From positions 17,542 through 81,541 of IMG/VR virus record IMGVR_UViG_2706796489_000001: a stretch of DNA of 64,000 nt. One strand, given 5' to 3'. Both the position numbers and the translations under genes were made by a program. A model generated the notes under the pieces. That model worked only from the letters and a program-made list of their open reading frames with translations, had not been told where the DNA came from and did no database searches. Positions within the stretch are counted from its first letter, which is position 1. Each line of letters starts with the position of its first letter. This document shows, one piece after another, positions 1 to 10,800 of this stretch. The DNA comes from a virus. Taxonomy: Duplodnaviria; Caudoviricetes.

Positions 1-69
1 GCCCAGGACCAGCGCCCGAAGGACATGGCAGATGCAACTCGGCAACTGTCGCGCCTCTTCGGAAAATAA
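1..69 (+). CDS. 3' end of upstream gene (position suggests tail assembly chaperone), partial
   Basis: Open frame AQDQRPKDMADATRQLSRLFGK* ends with TAA at 67-69, just before the tape measure start. Confidence 0.5.
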   Translation, partial: AQDQRPKDMADATRQLSRLFGK

Positions 70-74
70 GTGAA

Positions 75-3000
75 ATGGCGACTAAATCCCAGGTTGATCA
101 AGGCCAAGTTGATCTCAACATCAATCAACAGGTCTTCGATGATGTAAGGAAGCTGGAGTCGAGCCTTCAAGGTGTACTGAAGGTCTTGAACTCGGTAAGC
201 TCGGGCTTCAAGGGAATGTCTATTCCCGGAGTCTCCAGCACGAGCACCAGCAACGCCAACCTGGGTAGCCAGATCGCCGTCTTGACCCGCGATGTTCGCT
301 CTCTCCTGGCTGCTGCGAAGCAGTCGGGAGCGATCTCGCAGACCGGCGTTCCTGCGGCCTACAGCTCGGCCGTGAACCAAGGCCGCGTGCAAGGTGCATC
401 GCAAGCCGCAAGGTTCTCGAACAACCGCGTGGAGCTGGAGCTGGCCAATGCTCAGGTCAAGGCCGCAGAACGCCGCTTCGAGATCCTGAAATCCCAGGAC
501 GTGCTGGAAGAGGCGCAGCGCCGCCGCACCGTCACCAGCATCGGCATGCAGACGCAGGCTCGCAAAGAGCTTGCGAACATGGACAAGGCCCAGGCCGAGT
601 ATTCCAAAGCCCTGCTGGCCAACGACGAGCAGGCGGCACGCCTGGCAAAGCAAGAGCTGGTCTCCGGCCGGCAGCGTCTCGACCAGCTGGAAACCGAGCT
701 GAAGCTGCGCCAGGCTGGCGCCCGCGTGCGCCTGGCCAACGCCATGGACGGCGGCACCCGCGCCCAGGTGAACACGGCCGACTTGCAGCTCAAGGCCGTC
801 AACGAGTCCATGGCGCAGATGCGCGCCGCGCAGCGCGAGCAAGACCGCATGATGCGCGCCTCGGAGCAAGCGGCCGAGGCCCAGCGCCGCCAGAATACGG
901 CCCGTGCGGCCCGTGAGAGCGCCCAGGCCGAGCGCTACGCGGCTTCCTATGGTCCGACCAACCAGACGCGCCAGCAGGCCCAGGATCGTGAGGCGGCACG
1001 CGCCCAGTCCGATGCCTACCGGCCGGCGCGCCTGGCCGCGACCCAGACCCAGCTGCTGGCCAACTACACGGCCACGCGGGCGGTGATGGACTCCATGCGC
1101 GCTGGCATCCAGTTCACGCTTCAGTACGAAGAAGAGCTGATGCACTTGCGCACGATCACGAAGGCCACCGATGACCAGATGCGTGGTCTCCAGAGCACGA
1201 TTGAAGCGGTGTCCAATACGACTCGCTACAGCGCCGATGACTTGACCAACGCCGCTGCGGCGTTGTCCGAGACGGGCGTGACCATCAATCAGATGGGCGG
1301 AAGCTTGAAGGCTGTATCTGACCTGGCCACGGCTACGGGCGCAGGCTTCACGATGGCGGTGAACACCGTGACGGGTTCGCTCGGCGCGTTCAAGATGTCG
1401 GCCAACGACACCGTGGACGTGGCCAACATGATCGCTCAAGCGGTCAACTCGTCTCGCCTGACGATGGACAAGCTGAAGACTTCCATCGAAACGGCGGGCG
1501 AGACGGCCAGTCAAGCCGGCGTGTCCTTCAAAGAATTCCTGGCCGCAGCTGCAACCATCGCTGATAGCGGCACCGGCACCGGCCAGACGCTGGGCAACGG
1601 TATGCGCCAGCTGCTTCTGGATCTGGAGAACCCCAGCAAGGGTCTGAAGGACGCGCTCTCGCGCCTTGGCCTGGTGGAAGAAGACATCAACGTCAAGACT
1701 CAAGGTCTCTATGGCGCGTTGATGAACCTGAAGACCGCAGGCTTCACGGCCAGCGATGCGATGAACGTGTTCGAAGCGCGTTCGTCCTCGGCGTTCAACG
1801 CGCTGACTTCGAATCTTCAAAAGATGGAGAGCTTCCAAGAATCTCTCTTGAACACCGACGCTGCAACCCGCGCCAACGCCGACCAGATGGAAACGCTGGG
1901 CGCGCAGTACGACCGTGTGCGCAACCAGACCAACCTCCTGGTGAGCGAAGGCCTGAAGCCCATGGCTGCGGTCTTGACCAACGTGTTCGAAGCGGTGGCC
2001 AATGGTGAAGGCAAGTTGAAGGAGTTCTCGGCCGTCGTTCAAGCCATCGGCGCGCTGTTGACTGGTGGCGCGTTCGCCGTTGGTCTGAGCTGGGCGGCGA
2101 AGCTGATGGGAGGCCTGGCTGCGCTCACCTTCACGTCGGGCGGCGTGGCAGCGCGGATGCTGTCGGCCGCGACCTGGGCCGCAGCTGCTGGTCCCATCGG
2201 TCTGTACGTCGGAGCCGTCGCTGCGGCGGCTGGTGGCCTGGCCTACCTGATCTCGCAGCTGACCAAGACCGAAGATGCATTCGAGAAGCAACGCACGAAG
2301 GTGAACGAGTCCAAGGCGGCGCTGCAAGAGAGCACGCAAGCCTATGACACCATCGGTCGCCGGATCTCCAACGTGCAAGACAAGATGATCGCCATGAACC
2401 GCGACACGTCCGGCGCGATGCTGCGCCGTGAAGTGAACGACGTGGCCAAGCAATTCGAAGAGTACGGTGTGACGCTGGATCGCAGCGCGATCAAGAAGAC
2501 CGAAGATCTCATCGACGCGCTGCAACGCCTGCGCAACGAGCTGGGCAAGCGCTACTCCATCGACGCCAGCATTCTGGCCAACGACATGGAGACGCTGGCC
2601 ATCCGAGCTGGTGACAAGGCGGGTGAAGTCTCTCGCGGCGTGAAGGGTCGTCCTTTCATGTCGGGGAATGTAGATCGAGCCTTGGCCCTTCCTGGCCTCT
2701 ACTCGGGCTACAGCAACTTCGACTTCTTCACTGGCGCGGCGAGCCGCAATGGTCGTCGTCTCGGCACGACCCTGACGGGCGCTCAGTCGTCCGGCTTCCT
2801 GCCGATTGAAGAGCAGTTGAGCACGGCCAACGTCGCGCAGATCGTGCAGTACCTGCGCGACTCGGGCGTCAACGGCGCTGCTGGTGCCGGCGCGGGTCTG
2901 CTGGAGGCCTTCGGCCTGAACGGCAAGAAGGCTCCCAACGATGTGAACTCTATTGGCCAGTCCATCTCTGCCTTCAGCGATCTTCGCCGCATGGCCACGT

Positions 3001-5558
3001 TGCAGCGCTCGCAGTCGTCCGAGGGTTCGGCCGATTACCGCCGCGCTGAAGCCGTGATCCAGCTGGCCGAGAACATGAACGCCAGCCTGACCAAGGTTCA
3101 ACAAGCCGTCTTGGAGCAAGAGAAGGCGACTCGTGATGCTGACCAGGCGCGCAAGACGGAAGCTTCGGCGCAGTATCGCCAAAGCCCGGAAGCGCAGGCG
3201 ATGGCCAAGGAAGTGAGCGACGTGGTCAAGACGGTCAACACCGCCATGGCCTCCCGCGCCAGCAGCCCCACGCAGTCGTTCGAAGCGCTGTGGAACGCGG
3301 TCAAGCAAGCCGAGAGCGGTGGTCGTCAGTTCGGCAGCGATGGCAAGCCCCTGACCAGCTCCAAGGGCGCGGTCGGTGTCTCGCAAATGCTGGAGACCAC
3401 CGGCCCTGAAGCTGCACGCTTGGCTGGTGTCGAGTGGAACAAAGAGTCGTTCTACAACGATTCCAACTACAACGAGAAGCTGGGAAGGGCGTACCTTCAA
3501 TCTTTGCTGTCTCGCTACAGTGGCAACCAGATGCTGGCCACGTCGGCCTACAACTGGGGCATGGGCAACGTTGACCAGCTGATCGGCAAGGGTGATCCCC
3601 GCGTGCCTGGCTCTGGCGTGACCTCGACCGACTTCATGATGAAGCTGCCGGCTGAGACCCGCAACTACAACCAGTCCGTTGGCACGGCCGACTACGCCTC
3701 TGGTCTGGGCGTCTATGGCGCCTACAACCAGCTCATGGCCAACAAGGACATGGCGGCGGCGCGCACGCTGGCCGGCAACAAGCTGCGCGAGCTGACCACG
3801 GCGCTGGAAGCCGCAACGAAGTCGGGCAACGACAGCGTGGTGGACTCCTTGAACGAGCAGATCAAGGCCGTCAACGAGGCCAAGAGCGGTATCGACAAGG
3901 TGTATGCCGGCTCTCGTGCTGCGGCCGAGCAGGCCATCGGCCGCACGTCGCAGGCTCGCCAGCGCAGCTACGCGGATCAGATCGAAGCCGAGCGCCGCCA
4001 GCTGGCCGACGAGAAAGATCCTGAAGTGGTCAAGGCCGCGTTTGAGCGCATCAAGGCGCTCACCAACATGACCTACGAAACGCGCATTCAGGCACTCAAG
4101 GACACCAACGAGGCGAAGTTCAACCCGGCCACCGGCACGACCGAGTACACGCAGGACATCAACGATCAGTTGCTGTCTCTTCAACAGCAATGGGAAGCCG
4201 AGATCGCTAAGGAAACGGCCAACCAGAAGCATGAGATGGAGAACCGCTACAAGATCATCGGTGACAACCAGCTGTCTACGCGCATGAAGACCGAGAACGT
4301 CGATTTCAAGAACCTCATTCAACGCCTGGAAGCCAGCCGCAAAGGCATCAACAAGAACCTGGCTTCGGACTTGAACGACGCCGAAATCAACTCTGGCCTG
4401 CGTGGGTTCCAACGCGACCAGCAGCTCATGAGTGACCCCCGCTACGCTTCGCGCTACAGCGCTGCGCAGCGCGAGTACATGAGCCGTTCTATGGCTGATG
4501 CGCAAGACGTGACGAACAAGGCTCAGTATGAAGCCGTGACGGCGCGCCTGCGCGAGATGGACGCCAACGTGAAGACGTTGCAGAACCTCATCGGCACGTT
4601 CGACAAGACCGTCGGTAGCGACCAGGATGGTCCCCTGTACGCCCAGCGTGACCAGTACGGCGAGAACACCAAGGAATATCAACGCCTGACCAAGGAGATC
4701 GACGCTGCCAATTCGCAACGTCAAACCGCGACCGAGAAGTTGAACTCGCTGGAGACGGATCGAGTGGCGATCCTGCAACAGCAAAAGGATCTGTACGAGA
4801 AGATCAGCCAGGTGCCGCCGCGTCCCGCCAACTTCACTGAAGGCGTGGACATGGTGAACAAGAACTTCTTGAACAAGAACGATCCTACCGAGCAGGCCAT
4901 CGCCGGCTACGGCAGCATGATCGACACCAGCAAGAACTCGCTGGCCACGTTCCTGAGCGACATCGCCACGCGCTCCAAGACGGCCGGGGATGCCTTCAAG
5001 GACTTCGGCCGCAGCGTGGCAAAGTCTTTGCTCGACATCGCCACCCAGTACCTGGCCATGGGCGCGATTCGAGGCCTGCTGTCGCTGGTGGGATCGGTCG
5101 CTGGCGCTGCTGGAGGGGCCGCAGGCGCGTCCGCAGGGGCAGGGGATGTCATGACCCCGACCACGACGGGTTTTGCGAACATGGGCGGCATGGCGCGGGC
5201 TGGCAGCATCCACCGTTTCGCAGGCGGCGGCATGGTCCCGGGAGGCCTGGCCCGCGACTCGGTGCATGCCCTGCTGCGACCGGGCGAGATGGTCATGAAC
5301 ACCGAGGCGGTCTCGGCGGTCGGTGCGGGATACCTGGCTGACCTGAACACGGCCGGCCGGCGCGAGATCCAGGACTCGGCCCCGCCGCGCATGCCCAGCC
5401 AGCAGCGTGAAGCGGACATGACCAACGTCTACGTGGTGGCGCCTGACCACCAGCCGACGATGGGTCCGAAAGACGTGCTCGTTACGATACAAGATGATAT
5501 CTTGCGGAACGGCTTCACCAAGAAACTCATTAAGCAAGTGGCAATGGGGCAAACCTAA
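75..5558 (+). CDS. Tail tape measure protein with internal SLT-type lytic transglycosylase domain
   Basis: 1827 aa, Ala/Gln-rich and helical; TP901-like core; SLT motifs AVKQAESGG, GAVGVSQM, AYNWGMGNV; typical C-terminus FAGGGMVPGG..DSVHALLRPGEMVMN; precedes tail tip genes. Confidence 0.95.
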   Translation: MATKSQVDQGQVDLNINQQVFDDVRKLESSLQGVLKVLNSVSSGFKGMSIPGVSSTSTSNANLGSQIAVLTRDVRSLLAAAKQSGAISQTGVPAAYSSAVNQGRVQGASQAARFSNNRVELELANAQVKAAERRFEILKSQDVLEEAQRRRTVTSIGMQTQARKELANMDKAQAEYSKALLANDEQAARLAKQELVSGRQRLDQLETELKLRQAGARVRLANAMDGGTRAQVNTADLQLKAVNESMAQMRAAQREQDRMMRASEQAAEAQRRQNTARAARESAQAERYAASYGPTNQTRQQAQDREAARAQSDAYRPARLAATQTQLLANYTATRAVMDSMRAGIQFTLQYEEELMHLRTITKATDDQMRGLQSTIEAVSNTTRYSADDLTNAAAALSETGVTINQMGGSLKAVSDLATATGAGFTMAVNTVTGSLGAFKMSANDTVDVANMIAQAVNSSRLTMDKLKTSIETAGETASQAGVSFKEFLAAAATIADSGTGTGQTLGNGMRQLLLDLENPSKGLKDALSRLGLVEEDINVKTQGLYGALMNLKTAGFTASDAMNVFEARSSSAFNALTSNLQKMESFQESLLNTDAATRANADQMETLGAQYDRVRNQTNLLVSEGLKPMAAVLTNVFEAVANGEGKLKEFSAVVQAIGALLTGGAFAVGLSWAAKLMGGLAALTFTSGGVAARMLSAATWAAAAGPIGLYVGAVAAAAGGLAYLISQLTKTEDAFEKQRTKVNESKAALQESTQAYDTIGRRISNVQDKMIAMNRDTSGAMLRREVNDVAKQFEEYGVTLDRSAIKKTEDLIDALQRLRNELGKRYSIDASILANDMETLAIRAGDKAGEVSRGVKGRPFMSGNVDRALALPGLYSGYSNFDFFTGAASRNGRRLGTTLTGAQSSGFLPIEEQLSTANVAQIVQYLRDSGVNGAAGAGAGLLEAFGLNGKKAPNDVNSIGQSISAFSDLRRMATLQRSQSSEGSADYRRAEAVIQLAENMNASLTKVQQAVLEQEKATRDADQARKTEASAQYRQSPEAQAMAKEVSDVVKTVNTAMASRASSPTQSFEALWNAVKQAESGGRQFGSDGKPLTSSKGAVGVSQMLETTGPEAARLAGVEWNKESFYNDSNYNEKLGRAYLQSLLSRYSGNQMLATSAYNWGMGNVDQLIGKGDPRVPGSGVTSTDFMMKLPAETRNYNQSVGTADYASGLGVYGAYNQLMANKDMAAARTLAGNKLRELTTALEAATKSGNDSVVDSLNEQIKAVNEAKSGIDKVYAGSRAAAEQAIGRTSQARQRSYADQIEAERRQLADEKDPEVVKAAFERIKALTNMTYETRIQALKDTNEAKFNPATGTTEYTQDINDQLLSLQQQWEAEIAKETANQKHEMENRYKIIGDNQLSTRMKTENVDFKNLIQRLEASRKGINKNLASDLNDAEINSGLRGFQRDQQLMSDPRYASRYSAAQREYMSRSMADAQDVTNKAQYEAVTARLREMDANVKTLQNLIGTFDKTVGSDQDGPLYAQRDQYGENTKEYQRLTKEIDAANSQRQTATEKLNSLETDRVAILQQQKDLYEKISQVPPRPANFTEGVDMVNKNFLNKNDPTEQAIAGYGSMIDTSKNSLATFLSDIATRSKTAGDAFKDFGRSVAKSLLDIATQYLAMGAIRGLLSLVGSVAGAAGGAAGASAGAGDVMTPTTTGFANMGGMARAGSIHRFAGGGMVPGGLARDSVHALLRPGEMVMNTEAVSAVGAGYLADLNTAGRREIQDSAPPRMPSQQREADMTNVYVVAPDHQPTMGPKDVLVTIQDDILRNGFTKKLIKQVAMGQT

Positions 5559-5953
5559 TGGCTATCGTAGAATCAACCTTCAACTTTCCCGTCCATACTG
5601 TGGGCGAGAAATATTCCGAGAGTGGCACTCGCGTCAAGCTGGGGAACTCGTACCAGTTTGACTCGCCTCCTGTCGGTCCTGATCAACGCATCTTCACCCT
5701 GAACTTCGAGTCGATGATCCGACTGCTGGATGAAACCGGCCAGATGGACACGACCACGATGCGAGAGGTGAACGCAGGCGCGCTGCTGGTCTTCTACGAA
5801 ACCCACCGCCTGTATAAGCCGTTCTACTACCCCCACCCATGGCTGGGAACCATCATCGTCAAATTCAATACGCCTCTCGATCTGCCCAAGGGCATCAAGA
5901 ACGGCGGTGGCTGGTGCGAGGCTTTCAGCGTAGAGCTGATTGAACAGCCGTGA
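5558..5953 (+). CDS. Distal tail / lambda gpM-like minor tail protein
   Basis: Size and position after tape measure; F.YPHPW motif; coupled start/stop. Confidence 0.7.
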   Translation: MAIVESTFNFPVHTVGEKYSESGTRVKLGNSYQFDSPPVGPDQRIFTLNFESMIRLLDETGQMDTTTMREVNAGALLVFYETHRLYKPFYYPHPWLGTIIVKFNTPLDLPKGIKNGGGWCEAFSVELIEQP

Positions 5954-6447
5954 GGAACAATCTTCCGTCCACCCACGTTAAGGATGCCTTCGAGCTTACG
6001 CCGGAGTCTCAGGTAGATCTCATCATGATCGAACTGAACTTGAACGGCGGTGGCCAGATCATCTGCATCACAAGCCGCCAGGAATTCACCTGGCAAGGTC
6101 GCAAGTACGAGTTCCTTCCGAATGCGATTGCTGGTGAAGGCGTCAGCACCCAGGGTGAGGCCAAGCGGCCGAAGTTCACCGTGGCCAACCCTGACGGAGC
6201 CTTCTCGGCGTTCGTCGCGCAGGGCAAGATGGACGGGGCCACCATCACGCGCTACCGCGTCAGCCTGGCGGACATCACCAACAACATCAACCGATTCCAG
6301 ATGAACCGTTGGCGCGTGTCCAAGGTGGCATCCATGACCAAATCCATGTTGACGTTCGAATTGCGCTCGCCACTGGACGGTCAATTCTTCCTGCTTCCTG
6401 CTGAAGCCTTCTATCCCCCGGAGTATCCGCATGTCTCTCTACAGTAA
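5950..6447 (+). CDS. Lambda gpL-like minor tail protein
   Basis: FTWQGRKY..P, RPKFTVAN, GATITRYR, FELRSPLD; position in tail tip cluster. Confidence 0.75.
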   Translation: MRNNLPSTHVKDAFELTPESQVDLIMIELNLNGGGQIICITSRQEFTWQGRKYEFLPNAIAGEGVSTQGEAKRPKFTVANPDGAFSAFVAQGKMDGATITRYRVSLADITNNINRFQMNRWRVSKVASMTKSMLTFELRSPLDGQFFLLPAEAFYPPEYPHVSLQ

Positions 6448-6979
6448 GTACGTCGTCGGCTTTGAAGGCCGGCCCTATGTTGAGGGACGCTACGACTGCT
6501 ATGAACTCGTGCGTTCGTGGTTCAACAAGCACTACGACCTCGGCATGGAGAACTACGCCCGCCCAGACGGCCTGGTGGTTGGTGGTCAGACGGTCTTGTA
6601 CAAGAACATGGAAGCATTGGGTTTCCACATCGACCAGTCGGCTACGCTCAACCGTCTTCAGCTGGGGGATGTGCTGATCATGCAGGTCAACACCCGTGGT
6701 CCAGATCCCAACCACGTTGGCGTTTACGTTGGCAACGGCTACTTCCTGCATCATATGTACGGGCGCAAGTCTGAAGCCGACACGATCACCGAGAAGTGGA
6801 AAGGCCGCATCATGGACATCGCCCGTCACCCTGATGTCGTGGAAGTGAATCGTCTGACCCCCCTCGAAACCGTGAGCATCACCGAGCTGATGCCCCCCAA
6901 CATGAGAATGCGATATGAAGGAATCCCTGCAAGCATTGTGGAACCCGACGGTGGAACGCTGCGGCCTAATACTCCGTGA
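6431..6979 (+). CDS. NlpC/P60 domain tail assembly protein (C-terminal half of lambda gpK type)
   Basis: GRYDCYELV (catalytic Cys) and PNHVGVYVGNGYFLHH (catalytic His). Confidence 0.85.
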   Translation: MSLYSKYVVGFEGRPYVEGRYDCYELVRSWFNKHYDLGMENYARPDGLVVGGQTVLYKNMEALGFHIDQSATLNRLQLGDVLIMQVNTRGPDPNHVGVYVGNGYFLHHMYGRKSEADTITEKWKGRIMDIARHPDVVEVNRLTPLETVSITELMPPNMRMRYEGIPASIVEPDGGTLRPNTP

Positions 6980-7262
6980 CGGAACCATCCTTGAATGTCA
7001 AAATACGCACGAAGATCCACACATTGGTTTCGAGATCTCGGCCGATGATCTTGTGAAGTACGCGAGCCAGGCCGTGGCTACCTGGCACACGCACCCGGCG
7101 ACCAGTTCGAACCTCAGTCCCGACGATTACGAAGCCTTCCTGGCATGGCCTCAGTTGCGGCACTACATCATCTCCGAAAAAGACGTGTGGTGCTTTTTTA
7201 TTAGAAACAACCTGGTGGTGTTATTCGATGAAGAGAATCCATCTGCTTGGGTACTTGAATAA
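6915..7262 (+). CDS. JAB/MPN domain tail assembly protein (N-terminal half of lambda gpK type)
   Basis: ERCGLI...WHTHP..SNLSPDD matches the JAB E-HxH-SxxD motif. Confidence 0.85.
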   Translation: MKESLQALWNPTVERCGLILRDGTILECQNTHEDPHIGFEISADDLVKYASQAVATWHTHPATSSNLSPDDYEAFLAWPQLRHYIISEKDVWCFFIRNNLVVLFDEENPSAWVLE

Positions 7263-7836
7263 GTTCCATCCTGAACCCATTGAGGTCGAAGCCTCGACTC
7301 CTGAAGAAGCCTTGATGTACCTGAAGTACATCCCGGGCCTCGACACCGACACGATGGAAAAGATCCGTGTGCGCGTGCGTGGTTTCGAGTCTGTGGATGC
7401 TCTGCGCGCGCCGACCGACGTGGTGGACCTGTTTGTGGCCCCCACGATGCGCGGGTCTGGCGCCAAGGCCGGGGGCTTCTTCCAGATCATCGTCGGCATC
7501 GTCGTGGTCGTGGTGTCTGCCGTCTTCCAACAATACTACGGGGTGGCGGCGGGCCTGGCCATGATCGCAGGCGGCGTGATCGCCGTGCTCGCGCCGACGC
7601 CCAAGCTCGGGGGAGGGGAGACCGGGCCGGACACCCAGACCTTGTTCCTTCCATCTACCCAAAATACCGTCAAGATCGGAACTCGAAAGCCGATCTTGTA
7701 CGGTCGCATCAAGCACTTCGGCCATTATCTGTCGTTCAACGTGGACGCCAAGCGCTACGACGACAGCGCCATGAACATCTCCGGTTACTGCAACGGCACC
7801 GGAGCCGGTCAAGACTACTATTGCGTGATCAATTAA
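7228..7836 (+). CDS. Lambda gpI-like tail assembly protein
   Basis: Ubiquitin-like N-terminus, Gly-rich hydrophobic middle, P.LYGR..G motif. Confidence 0.8.
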   Translation: MKRIHLLGYLNKFHPEPIEVEASTPEEALMYLKYIPGLDTDTMEKIRVRVRGFESVDALRAPTDVVDLFVAPTMRGSGAKAGGFFQIIVGIVVVVVSAVFQQYYGVAAGLAMIAGGVIAVLAPTPKLGGGETGPDTQTLFLPSTQNTVKIGTRKPILYGRIKHFGHYLSFNVDAKRYDDSAMNISGYCNGTGAGQDYYCVIN

Positions 7837-10800
7837 ATGCACATTGCACCTTTGCGTGGAGCCGGTGGCGGCGGGGGCGGCAGCAGCTCCAAGTACAAGC
7901 GCACCGATGACAACCTCTTCTCCCGAGACACCGTTGAACTGGTCCTCGGGTTGAGCGTTGGTCCCATTCGTGGCCTGACCCGTGGCATGAAGAGCTTCTA
8001 CGTTGGCGGCACCCCGCTGATGTCGGAAGGCGGCGACATGAACTTTCAATCTTTCAACCTGGGCGTCAAGCTCGGGTACGAGAGCGATGGTCCGGTCTCC
8101 TACAAGCTGGGTGGCGAATCCTCCAACAAGTCCGTTGGCACGAAGATGATGAGCGGTACGTGGATCAGTCGGCAGACCGAGCAGACCGTGCGCGGCGTGA
8201 TCGACCAGCTCCAGGTTCGCATCAACTTCCAACAGCTGTACCGCACCGACGACAAGGGTGACTACAACCACACCGCGCAGTTCTACATCCAGTACAAGCC
8301 GGCGTCTTCCGGCTGGTGGCAGAACTATGGCGGCGAGATGGTCCAGATCACGGGCAAGACCACCTCTGGCTACTACGTGGACTTCGTCTTCGACGTGCCG
8401 CGCATCAATGATGACTGGCTCATCCGAGTCATGAAGGTGAACCCGGACAGCACGAACACCAACGTGTGCGACATGGCCTGGGACAGCTTTCAAGCTATCA
8501 CCAAGAGCAATCGTCGCTACAACAAGCTGGCACTGGCCCACATCGTCGCGCTGGCCACCAGCCAGTTCGGCTCCATCCCCGACTTTGCTGGCGTCTACGA
8601 TGGTCGCCTCATCCAGATCCCGACGAACTACAACCCTGACACCAGGCTCTACGACGAGATCACGCCGTGGAACGGCACGTTCAAAACGGGTTGGACGAAC
8701 TGCCCGCCGTGGATCTTGTATGACCTGATCATGAATCCCGACTACGGCCTGCGGAAGTATTACCCGCAGATCACGGTCAACCGCTTCGACTTTTACGACG
8801 CGGCCAAGTGGTGCGATACCTTCGTGCCGAACGGCAAGGGTGGCTATCAGCCGCGCTACACGTTCAACATGGCGCTGCTGGAGGCCAAGGATGGTCTGGA
8901 GATGCTGCAATGGATCGCGGGCAGCTTCGGTGCTGTGATCTTCGATGATGCAACCGGCCAGGTCTATCTGAAAGTGGACAAGTGGGAAGAGCCGAAGATG
9001 CTCTTCACGCCGGAGAACGTTGAAGGTGGAGACTTCAACTACAGCTTCACCGACATGACCACGCGGTACAACGACTACAAGGTGCAGTTCGTCAACCCGG
9101 ATCTCGACTGGAACCAGGATCAACGTCGCGTCTACGATCCCACCCACATCGCTTCGCATGGCAACATCCCGACCGAGATGGTCATGGTGGGATGCACCGA
9201 CGAGCATGAAGCGCTGCGCCGTGGTTACTACCGCATGATCACGGCCTTGACCGAAACGTGCTCGGTCACGTTCAACGTTGCTCGCCTGGGCAAGGTGATC
9301 GACCCGTACATGGTCATCGCTATCGCTGACCCGACCCCTGGCTGGTCCGTCAGCGGCCGGATCAAGGCGTACATGAACAGCTACGTCCAGCTGCGAGATC
9401 CGATCTACTTCACGACGGTGCAGAACTACACCATGACCTTGCAGACCGTAGATGGCCTGGTCAAGGTGGTGGTAAATCCTGAGCGCGTGGGGACGGCTTT
9501 CCAGGTCAAGGTGGTGTCGGGCTTTGTGCCGGATGGTCTGCCGGATCGCACGGTGTTCTCTATCGAGGACAACGGCAACTTCGGCGTGGCCAAGCCCTTC
9601 CGGGTAATGGACATCGAGAACATCGAAGGCAGCGCTGATCGCTTCACGATCATGGCCATCGAGATCAACCGGAACAAGCAGGCCGGCGCGGACAACTGCA
9701 CGCCGGTTGGCAGCGTCCAATACTCGTTCAAGAACCCGCTTATCCCTCCACCCCCGATGAACATTCAGGCGGACTCCGGCACCGAGCAAATGATCATCGC
9801 CCAGGATGGTTCCATCATGGCGCGGATCTTCGCGTATTGGGACGCCCCGCCCAACGTGCTAATCGAGCGCTATGAGATCGAGTGGAAAGAGAGCGATCAA
9901 TCCACCTGGTATTACACGACCAGTCCCAGCGAAAGCGTGTTCCTTGCACCTTGCAAGAGCGGCGTGGCTTACGACATCGTGGTCTGGGCTGTGAACTCGT
10001 TCGGCAATCGCTCGTCGGCGCTGACGCTGTTCAACTATGTCTGCATCGGCAAGACCGCGCCCCCGTCGAACGTCAAGAACTTCACGATCCGCCGCCGCAC
10101 GAATGACATCCTGCTGCAATGGGACGCTATCCCCGACCTCGACCGCAAGGGCTACGAGATCCGCATTGGCACGACGTGGGAGACCGCGACCGTGCTGGTG
10201 ACGGACTACTCCGCTACGCAGTTCGCATGGACGACGACTGAAGGCGGAAGCTACTCGTTCTTGATCAGTGCCATCGACTCGTCGGGTAACTACTCGCTGC
10301 TGCCCACGCTGCAAACGATCTACATTCAAGGGCCGAGCGCGGTCACAGGTGTCATCGCCATCCAGTCGAACAACCGCATCGAGCTGCGCTGGACGCCGAA
10401 CCCTGAAGACAACATCTTGGAATACGAGATCCGGGAGGGTGGCGCGTGGGGTACTGCGGTGTTCCTGGCCAAGGTCAAGTCCACCGGCTACAGCGTCACG
10501 GCCGGTTCCGCTGGCACGCGGATGTTCTGGATCAAGGCCATTGCCTCGCCTGGCGTCTACTCCGAACGTGCATCGTTCGTGACGACCGACGTAGCCCAGC
10601 TGGACGACACCAACATCATCTACACGACGGACGAAGTGGCCAATGGCTTCCTCGGTTCGCGCTACAACATGGTGGTGGTCGGCGGCGAGCTGCGAATGGA
10701 CAGCGGCCGGCAGCGTTCCGAGTACATCTTCCCGGTCACGCTACCCACGCGCTTCCGGGCGCAGAACACGCTGTTCGTGGGTCTTGACGCCATCGTGGAC

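Noticed and set aside
7201-9789. Long antisense ORFs (862 aa here; also 34339..36579, 24842..26782, 40496..42145, 52474..53916 and others)
   Set aside because: They mirror well-supported genes on the other strand. High GC and strong codon bias suppress antisense stops; there are no motifs or SDs.
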